Origin: Eubacteriales bacterium
GTDB lineage: Bacteria > Bacillota > Clostridia > Oscillospirales > CAG-272
Assembly: GCA_045594305.1 (NCBI GenBank)
Contig: JAZNYH010000092.1
Span: forward strand, 3,500-67,499
Length of the DNA stretch: 64,000 nt
Direction: 5' to 3'
The position numbers were made by a program, and so were the translations under genes. Positions 45,562-53,101 of the stretch are shown piece by piece (the stretch's first letter is position 1; every line of letters begins with the position of its first letter). The notes under the pieces are model-generated. The model made no database searches. It was not told the origin of the DNA and saw nothing but the letters and a program-made list of their open reading frames with translations.

Positions 45562-45605
45562 AATGCCAAAAATCGAAATAGCAAGTGGCAAAAAGTTGTT
45601 TATTC

Positions 45606-45634
45606 TTGAAAAAGCAACCGCCTCGTGCTATAAT
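45606..45634 (+). promoter_or_regulatory. Extended -10 promoter for the MoxR/vWA operon
   Basis: TTGAAA, 17-nt spacer, TGcTATAAT, 44 nt upstream of the 45678 start. Confidence 0.6.
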
Positions 45635-45677
45635 ATAATATATAATAATAGTTATTTAACTGGAAAAGGAGTAAAGT

Positions 45678-48524
45678 ATGGATTTTAATGAGGCAATGAA
45701 GCCGTATAAAGTGAAGCTTGTGCTTGAAGCATTGCTTAAAGCAGTAATGACAGGTCTATTCTTTGGCTTGGCACTTTCACTTGTATCTGCTCTCGTATGT
45801 AGATTTATTCTTCTCGATGTAAGCCAGATACCAACTCTTATAACCTTCGGTATAGGAATTGTAGCGGCAATCACAATAGGAATAATTACCTATGTAAAAC
45901 GCTTTAAGTCAGGTATCGACAAGCTCGCAAAGAGAATTGACGCACTTGGACTTGATGAGCGTGTAACCACAATGGTAGAGTTCAAGAAGGACCGTTCCTT
46001 CGTAGCAAAGGTACAGCGTGAGGACACAATGGATCGTCTCTCCAAGCTCAACATTAAGCAGCTTAGATTGAGAATCCCAACCGCAAGAATAATCTCTTGT
46101 GTAGCAATGTTCCTCGTAATCGTATTCTTGTTCGCAGTTCTTCCAACACCTCTTACCGCAGAGGAAAGAGAGAGCATCGAGGTTGCTGAGGAGATCGAAA
46201 GAATTAGAGATGAGCTCCACACACTCGTTGATGAGAACGCAGACAAGGTAACACCTGATTTCGTCGAGAAGGCACATCAGCAAATTGATGACAGAATCGA
46301 CCAGCTCTTGGCAAGCCCCGATTACACAAACGCACAAAAGCTTTTCCTTGCTCAATCAATGAGAGATAGAATATTAGTATCAATTGATATTCAGCTCCAA
46401 GTATATGAGATTTACGAGATAATCGATAACTCAGGAACAAGCTTTGAGTTTATGCAAATGCTTTATAGCATCGTTCACGACCTTGAGGACAGACTTGATG
46501 TAACCGAGTCCGATATTGAAAAATATGAGGATGTTCGTGAGACAAGAAAGGAAATCGAGGAGCTTATAAAAGAGCAGCTCGCAATGTTCGAGGAAACCAA
46601 GGAGAACATGGAGCAGGATAACCAAGACGAGAAGGAAGCTCTTGAAGAAACCGAGAACGAGGTATTAGAGGATATCGCAGACGCTATCGAAAAGGTAGAG
46701 AATGCTGAGACCGAGGAAGAAAAGGAACAGGCTAAGGAGGAGCTTAAAGCGGCTCTTGACCAGATTCCTGAGCTCGACAGAGAAGAGATGGAGGACCTCG
46801 TAGAGGACCTTGAGCAGGCTGTTGAGAATATGCCTGATACTTCAATGAAGGATGTATTCGAGGACCTTAAAGAGGATCTTAAAGAGGACCTTGAAAACTC
46901 CGAGACCGACGCTGAGCTTAAAGAGAATGCTCAGGAGAGCGTAGACCAAGCAAATGAGGATCTTAACGAGGTTCTTGATAAGCAAGACAAGTTCGAGGAT
47001 CTTAAGGATGCTATGGATAAGTTCGAAAACGCTACTACCGAGCAGGAAAAGCAAGAGGCTAAGGAAGAAATCGATAACATTGTTGAGGATATGAAGAACG
47101 ACATTCTCAATTCCGAGACCGAGCAAGAGAAGCAAGACAAGGTTGAGGATTACAAGAACGCTCTTGAGGATATTCTTAACAAGGATTCCGAAAATAAGGA
47201 TTCACAAGAAAATAAGTCCGAGATGAATGATGCTATGGAGGACCTCAAGCAGGACCTTGAAAACATTCAACAGGATATGCAGCAGGGCGAGAAGATGGAC
47301 CAAGAAATCTCCGATGCATTCGACGATTTTAAGGAAGATGTAAAGGATTCTATGGAGAGCATCGAGAACCTTGAGCAGGCTGGTCAGGAAATCACTGATA
47401 AGCTTGAAAAGGTTGAGACCGACCTTGCAGGTGACCAAAAGGTTACTGATGATATGCTTGATGATATGAGAGAGAATATCAACAACAACGAGAACCTCAG
47501 CCAAGAGTCAAAGGATGAGATGAACGAGGTTGTAGATAAGCTCGAGCAGGATATCAACCAAGCAAACAAGGAATATAACGACGCAAAGAACGATCCTAAC
47601 AACGAAAAGAGCGAGGAGCAGCTCGATCAAGAAAGAGAAGACAAGATAAACTCATCTATGTCTGAAGCTAAGGATCAGCTCGATCAAATTGAGCAAGAGA
47701 ACAATAAGAACCAAAGCGAAACCTCTGACGCAATGAAGGACAACGAAACCATGAAGGATGTGTCCGATGCGCTCGAAAAGGCAGAGGATGCTGAAACAGA
47801 CGCTGAATATGACGAGGCTCAAAAGGACCTTGACAATGCGTTTGAGAACATGAAGGATTCATACGAGAAGCTCGAGGGCGAGGAACTCGATAAGCAGCTT
47901 GGCGAAATCTCAAAGGATATGCAGGATGCAGCAGATAAGCTTCCTGAGGACAATGAGTTCAAGGAGTCACTTGAAAACGCAGCTGACAAGATGGAGCAAA
48001 TCGCAAACGACAACCAAATGACCGATGAGGAAAAGAAGGAAGCTGCCGATTCAGTTATCGACGAGCTTAACAAGGATTTCCAAACAAACATTGAGCAAAA
48101 CCAAACCTCAGAGCAGATGAAGGATCAAATGCAACAGGCTCAGGACCAGATGAACAAGAATGATCAGCAACAGTCCGACCAAGAGCAGGAGTCCGAGTCT
48201 GAAAGCGAGAGCGAGCAAGAGTCCGAGCAGGAATCTGAAAGCAAGGGCGACTCTGAGAAGGAGCCTGAAATTCCTGAAGAGGAAAAGGAAAAGGGCGAAG
48301 AAATCAGCGATGGTACAGGCTCAAATGCTGTTAACGGAACTGTTTGGGACCCAGAGCGTGGCGATGTAAGCGTTGAGGATTACCTTAACGGCTCAGATGG
48401 ATCACATGTAGGCGATCAGATTGACGCTAACAGAGGCGATTCAAGCCTTTCAGCAGAGGATCAGGAAATCAACAACAACTGGATGCAACAGGTTCAGGGT
48501 TGGGGAACTCCTTCTTCAAAATAA
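45678..48524 (+). CDS. Membrane-anchored hyper-acidic coiled-coil/low-complexity protein (948 aa)
   Basis: Three hydrophobic segments lie in the first 160 aa, followed by about 790 aa dominated by E/D/K/Q/N. RBS AAAGGAG 7 nt upstream. First gene of the MoxR cluster. Confidence 0.65.
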   Translation: MDFNEAMKPYKVKLVLEALLKAVMTGLFFGLALSLVSALVCRFILLDVSQIPTLITFGIGIVAAITIGIITYVKRFKSGIDKLAKRIDALGLDERVTTMVEFKKDRSFVAKVQREDTMDRLSKLNIKQLRLRIPTARIISCVAMFLVIVFLFAVLPTPLTAEERESIEVAEEIERIRDELHTLVDENADKVTPDFVEKAHQQIDDRIDQLLASPDYTNAQKLFLAQSMRDRILVSIDIQLQVYEIYEIIDNSGTSFEFMQMLYSIVHDLEDRLDVTESDIEKYEDVRETRKEIEELIKEQLAMFEETKENMEQDNQDEKEALEETENEVLEDIADAIEKVENAETEEEKEQAKEELKAALDQIPELDREEMEDLVEDLEQAVENMPDTSMKDVFEDLKEDLKEDLENSETDAELKENAQESVDQANEDLNEVLDKQDKFEDLKDAMDKFENATTEQEKQEAKEEIDNIVEDMKNDILNSETEQEKQDKVEDYKNALEDILNKDSENKDSQENKSEMNDAMEDLKQDLENIQQDMQQGEKMDQEISDAFDDFKEDVKDSMESIENLEQAGQEITDKLEKVETDLAGDQKVTDDMLDDMRENINNNENLSQESKDEMNEVVDKLEQDINQANKEYNDAKNDPNNEKSEEQLDQEREDKINSSMSEAKDQLDQIEQENNKNQSETSDAMKDNETMKDVSDALEKAEDAETDAEYDEAQKDLDNAFENMKDSYEKLEGEELDKQLGEISKDMQDAADKLPEDNEFKESLENAADKMEQIANDNQMTDEEKKEAADSVIDELNKDFQTNIEQNQTSEQMKDQMQQAQDQMNKNDQQQSDQEQESESESESEQESEQESESKGDSEKEPEIPEEEKEKGEEISDGTGSNAVNGTVWDPERGDVSVEDYLNGSDGSHVGDQIDANRGDSSLSAEDQEINNNWMQQVQGWGTPSSK

Positions 48525-48576
48525 TAGACAACAATTAAATAACGCATAATTAATATTTAGGGAGAATTTAGAGATT

Positions 48577-50175
48577 ATGGAAAACATGGAAAACAAATCA
48601 ATCAATAACGGAGCATCTGCCGAAAATGCGGCAGGTGCTTCTGCTGCTTCTAAAACAGGTGGCATCAGCATTTCAACCGTAGATAGAGACAAGAAAAAGC
48701 CAGAGCCAGCACCAGCACCCGCTCCTGAAATGAGCGAGAAGGAAAAGGCAGCAAAGGCAAAGGCTGACGCAAAGGCAGCGGCTGAGGCAGAAAAGGCTAA
48801 GGCAAAGGAAGAGGCTGCTAAGGCAAAGCTTGCAGCTGAGGCTGAAAAGGCAAAGGCTAAGGAAGAGGCAGCTAAGGCTAAGGCTGACGCAAAGGCAGCA
48901 GCTGAGGCAGAAAAGGCTAAGGCAAAGGAAGAGGCTGCAAAGGCAAAGGAAGACGCAGCAAAGGCTAAGGAAGAGGCTGCAAAGGCTAAGGAAGACGCAA
49001 AGGAGCCAGCTCCTGCAAAGGAGGAAGCACCTGCTAAGGAGGAAGCTAAGGAGCCTGCAAAGGATGCAGCACCTGCTCCCGCACCAGCAAAGGAGCCTGC
49101 AAAGGCACCAGCACCAGCACCGGCTCGCACAGCTGAGGAAATGAAGACAGATAAGCTTGCTGAGCAAGAGCTTAAGCTCTTCGCTGAGAAGTGTAAGAGA
49201 ATCTTCGAAGAGGTTCGTAAGGATATGATCGGTCAAAGAGAGGTTGTTGAGTCAACAATCGCTGCTATTATCGCCGGCGGTAATGTACTTCTCGAGGGTG
49301 CTCCAGGACTTGGTAAAACCCGTCTTGTAAGATCACTTGGTAAGGTATTCGACCTTCCATTCTCTCGTATTCAGTTTACACCTGACTTGATGCCTGCCGA
49401 TGTAACAGGTACCAATGTTATTACAAAGGATGAGGACGGAAACTCAAAGTTCGAGTTCCAAAAGGGTCCTATCTTCTCAAATATCGTTCTTGCGGACGAA
49501 ATTAACCGTGCTACCCCTAAGACACAGGCAGCTTTGCTTGAGGCCATGCAGGAGCACAAGGTAACAGTAATGGGTGTTACAAGAAAGATGGATGAGCCAT
49601 TCTTCGTTCTTGCTACACAGAACCCAATTGAGCAGGATGGTACATACCCACTTCCTGAGGCTCAGATGGACCGTTTCATGTTTAAGATTCTCGTTCCTAA
49701 CCCCTCTGCTGAGGAGCTTGGACAAATCGTTAATATGACACATAAGACAATGGAAGAAACTGCGCAGGCAGCTTGTAATGGCGAGGAGCTTCTCCGAATG
49801 AGAGCTGTTGCTAAGACAATCCCTGTATCAAGCGAGGTTCTCCACTATGCGATGGTTCTTATCGCAGCAACTCACCCAGATAGTGAGGTTGCAACTGAAA
49901 CAACAAAGAGATATATTCGTGCAGGAGCTTCACCTCGTGCGGCTCAGGCTATTATTACCGCAGGACAGGTAAGAGCACTTATCAACGGTAGATACAATGT
50001 ATCCTATGAGGATATCAACTCACTCGCAGTTCCCGTACTTCGTCACAGATTGAAGCTCGGCTTCGAGGCAGTTACCTCAAAGATGTCACCTGATGATGTT
50101 GTAAGAAGCCTTATCGCTGACCTCAACAATGTATCAGCATCTACTGTAGAAAAGAACGCAAAGAAAAGAAAGTAA
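48577..50175 (+). CDS. MoxR-family AAA+ ATPase with an A/K/E/P-rich N-terminal extension of about 190 aa
   Basis: Walker A GAPGLGKT, Walker B VLADEINRA, and QNPIEQDGTYPLPEAQ.DRF, typical of the MoxR/AAA_3 family. The N-terminus is AKAKEEAAKAK-type repeats. Confidence 0.9.
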   Translation: MENMENKSINNGASAENAAGASAASKTGGISISTVDRDKKKPEPAPAPAPEMSEKEKAAKAKADAKAAAEAEKAKAKEEAAKAKLAAEAEKAKAKEEAAKAKADAKAAAEAEKAKAKEEAAKAKEDAAKAKEEAAKAKEDAKEPAPAKEEAPAKEEAKEPAKDAAPAPAPAKEPAKAPAPAPARTAEEMKTDKLAEQELKLFAEKCKRIFEEVRKDMIGQREVVESTIAAIIAGGNVLLEGAPGLGKTRLVRSLGKVFDLPFSRIQFTPDLMPADVTGTNVITKDEDGNSKFEFQKGPIFSNIVLADEINRATPKTQAALLEAMQEHKVTVMGVTRKMDEPFFVLATQNPIEQDGTYPLPEAQMDRFMFKILVPNPSAEELGQIVNMTHKTMEETAQAACNGEELLRMRAVAKTIPVSSEVLHYAMVLIAATHPDSEVATETTKRYIRAGASPRAAQAIITAGQVRALINGRYNVSYEDINSLAVPVLRHRLKLGFEAVTSKMSPDDVVRSLIADLNNVSASTVEKNAKKRK

Positions 50176-50192
50176 TTAAATAGGCGGTAAAA

Positions 50193-51092
50193 ATGAAAAG
50201 AAGAATATTAGACGGTGCATTTCTTGACCGTCTTGATGCTGCCTCTTTACTGCTTAAAAATCCAATGACGGGATACTTCGGTGGTGGCCGTAAGGCACGC
50301 TCATACGGAAGCACGGTAGAATTTGCCGACTTCCGTGAGTATTTCCCCGGAGACGATATCAGGCGTATCGACTGGAATGTATACGCTCGTTTCGAAAAGT
50401 ACTTTATAAGACTTTTCACGGATGAAAGACAGATGCACAATCACATTTTGATTGACTGCTCGGCGTCGATGGCGTGCGGTGAGCCTGAAAAGGCAGAGCA
50501 AGCCCTTCGCATAGCGGCGGCATTTGGATATCTCTCGGTATCAGCAATGGACCGTGTCTCCTACAAGCTCTTAAAGGGCAACAAGGCAGAGGACATCGGC
50601 TTCACTGTATATAATAAGGATTCCTTCTATCGTGCAGCTCAGGCACTTGAGCTTACAGACTTCGAGGGCGAAACAGACCTTGAAAAATCGATAGTAAACC
50701 TTGAAGCACCGGGATATGATGACGGTTTAACAATAATAATTTCGGACTTCTTGACAGAGAGCGACTGGAAAAAGGCAATAGACTTCCTCACCTTCAAGCG
50801 TAGAGAAATTCTTTGTATTCAGATTCTCTCTCCTGATGAGCTTTATCCGAACTTTGATGGTCGTGTTCATATGATTGACTCCGAGTCCGTAGGACTTGAG
50901 GACTCAAGGAATATGAGACTTCGTATCACAAGAAAAATGGTTGAGGCCTACCAGAAGGCGTTCGACGACTATGAAAAGGAGCTTATAGACTTCTGCGCTG
51001 CAAGAGAGGCTACCTTCTTCACAGTATCATCAGACGATCCTATCGAAAAGGTTATTTTTGGAAAGGGATATGAGGCGGAAATAATAAAATGA
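50193..51092 (+). CDS. DUF58 domain protein
   Basis: Signature FREYFPGDDIRRIDWNVYAR, about 300 aa, immediately after MoxR as in the usual MoxR-DUF58 pairing. Confidence 0.85.
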   Translation: MKRRILDGAFLDRLDAASLLLKNPMTGYFGGGRKARSYGSTVEFADFREYFPGDDIRRIDWNVYARFEKYFIRLFTDERQMHNHILIDCSASMACGEPEKAEQALRIAAAFGYLSVSAMDRVSYKLLKGNKAEDIGFTVYNKDSFYRAAQALELTDFEGETDLEKSIVNLEAPGYDDGLTIIISDFLTESDWKKAIDFLTFKRREILCIQILSPDELYPNFDGRVHMIDSESVGLEDSRNMRLRITRKMVEAYQKAFDDYEKELIDFCAAREATFFTVSSDDPIEKVIFGKGYEAEIIK

Positions 51093-53101
51093 GATTATTG
51101 CAAGGCTTAGGCTTACTTGGCTTGCTGGCTATTCCAATTATCATTTTGATTTACTTGCTTAAATCGAAATATACTCAAAAGCCGGTGTCAAGTACCTTTA
51201 TATGGCAACGAAGTCTTAAATATATAAAGACAAGATTGCCCCTAAACTTTACAGTTTCACTCTTGCTTATATTGCAACTATTGATGGTCATACTTGCAAG
51301 CTTGGCACTTTCCAGGCCTACAATTATCCCATTCACCACGAAGGACACAATTATCATACTTGACGCATCAGCGAGTATGAAAACGATGACCGACGAGGGC
51401 AAAACAAGATATGAGCTTGCAATTGATGAGCTTAATAAAGAAGCAAATTCAGCGGGTGAAAATAATAAAATTACACTTATAACAGCAGGTGCAAAGGCAA
51501 AGTCCTTGACTGTTAGAAGCTCAAGTAAGGCAGATATCGCAAACGCACTAAACGGAGTTGAGTGTAGCGATAGCTTACCTGATATCGACGGTGCACTTCA
51601 GCTGGCAAATAATGTGCAGAACATAAACCCAGACGCAAAGGTTTATTTCTACACGGACAAGGGCTATATGGACCAATATGGCATAGAGGTTAAGGACTTT
51701 TCAAAGGACACCGATGTCAATGTTGGACTTACAACCCTAACAGACTCTCTTATGGCGGGCAAATACATATTTAACGCCACTATAAACAATTTCAGCCAAA
51801 AGGAAGTAACTGTAACGGTTAAGTTCCTGCTTGACACAGAAATTGATGGCGTTCACAACCCCACCGAGCAGAGAAGAAACGACATCGTTTTAGGACCTGA
51901 CTCAAAGAAGATAGTAACCTTCTCAAACTCTGAGCAAAATGCCGTAGACGGCAACGAGTTCTTCCAAATCGACAAGATTTCGGATTATGAGTGCGTAAGA
52001 ATTGAGATTGAGTGCGACGATGATGGTCTTACAACAGATAATGCAAGAACAATTTACGCAGTAGGCGAAAAGAGAGTTAAGATTCTCGTGGTAAGTAAGG
52101 ATGTAATCATGCAGACCACCGAGGAGGGAAACAAGGTCGCTGATCCAAATGCAACAACCTTCCTTGTTGCTGCGGTTCGTGTTCTTGGATATACACTTAG
52201 CAACAAGACCGATATCAAAAATGATCTTAGTCTTGTAAATGATGGTAAGGCAATAGAGGGCTATGACCTTTATATCTTTGATGGCGTAATGCCAAGCGTG
52301 CTTCCTGATGACGGAGCTGTTTGGTTCATCAATCCACCAGAGGATCCTGTTGACACCTCAATCGAGCTCGTAGGAGCAGAGGACACTGAGGCAGATGTAG
52401 GAAAGCCATACTACTTTATCCCTGAGGCAGACAGTAGCTCTGACACCTATGCAACTCTTACCAAGAACATTGGTGGTGTTGACGGTTCAAGAAAGATTGC
52501 TGTTGGTAAGTTCCACGAGATAAAGGACACCGAGGGCAAATATGAGGCAATCTTTAACTGTGAGGGCAACGGCGAAAACAAGACCGTTATGCTTGCGGGC
52601 AAGGAGAACAATGTAAGAGTTGTTTGCTTGTCACTTGACCTTCACAAGACTAACCTCACAATGCTTATCGACTTCCCAATGCTTGTAAGAAATGTTATTA
52701 ACTACTCACTACCTAATGTAGTATCAGATCGCTCATATGAGGTAGGACAGAAAGTTAAGTTTAACGCTCCTGTTGGAAGCACACAGCTAAGCTTCAAATA
52801 CGGAGAAACAATTCTTGACCAGCTTGAGGCTGACGATGTAGAGTTCGACCTTGAAGAGATTGGCGATTACGCAATCGAGGTTGAATACGCATCAGGCGAG
52901 AAGCAAACCTTTATGCTTCCCACCGCAGTTCCCGCTGATGAGAGCGACATTGTCGCAAGCGGAGAGAGCATTGTAACTCTTGAAATTACAACCACACAAA
53001 AGCTCAAAGCAGATCCTATGGAAATTTGGCCATATATCGTTATGGGACTTTTGGCGTTGGCAATAATTGAATGGGGGGTATACTATCGTGATGAGTTCTA
53101 A
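51089..53101 (+). CDS. BatA-like membrane protein with a vWA domain
   Basis: N-terminal TM hairpin of the Bat/aerotolerance N-terminal type (LLGLLAIPIIILIYLLK), MIDAS motif DASAS in IIILDASASM, and a C-terminal TM segment. Confidence 0.8.
   Translation: MRLLQGLGLLGLLAIPIIILIYLLKSKYTQKPVSSTFIWQRSLKYIKTRLPLNFTVSLLLILQLLMVILASLALSRPTIIPFTTKDTIIILDASASMKTMTDEGKTRYELAIDELNKEANSAGENNKITLITAGAKAKSLTVRSSSKADIANALNGVECSDSLPDIDGALQLANNVQNINPDAKVYFYTDKGYMDQYGIEVKDFSKDTDVNVGLTTLTDSLMAGKYIFNATINNFSQKEVTVTVKFLLDTEIDGVHNPTEQRRNDIVLGPDSKKIVTFSNSEQNAVDGNEFFQIDKISDYECVRIEIECDDDGLTTDNARTIYAVGEKRVKILVVSKDVIMQTTEEGNKVADPNATTFLVAAVRVLGYTLSNKTDIKNDLSLVNDGKAIEGYDLYIFDGVMPSVLPDDGAVWFINPPEDPVDTSIELVGAEDTEADVGKPYYFIPEADSSSDTYATLTKNIGGVDGSRKIAVGKFHEIKDTEGKYEAIFNCEGNGENKTVMLAGKENNVRVVCLSLDLHKTNLTMLIDFPMLVRNVINYSLPNVVSDRSYEVGQKVKFNAPVGSTQLSFKYGETILDQLEADDVEFDLEEIGDYAIEVEYASGEKQTFMLPTAVPADESDIVASGESIVTLEITTTQKLKADPMEIWPYIVMGLLALAIIEWGVYYRDEF

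Noticed and set aside
45409-45591. 60-aa minus-strand ORF in the large intergenic gap
   Set aside because: It has no RBS and implausible composition, and it lies antisense to the promoter-driven structured element. It is treated as non-coding.
48516-49236. Two long antisense ORFs (204 and 187 aa), Ala/Ser/Phe- or Cys/Leu-rich
   Set aside because: They are exact reverse-frame shadows of the GCN/AAG repeat that encodes the MoxR N-terminal extension. Neither has an RBS or plausible protein composition.
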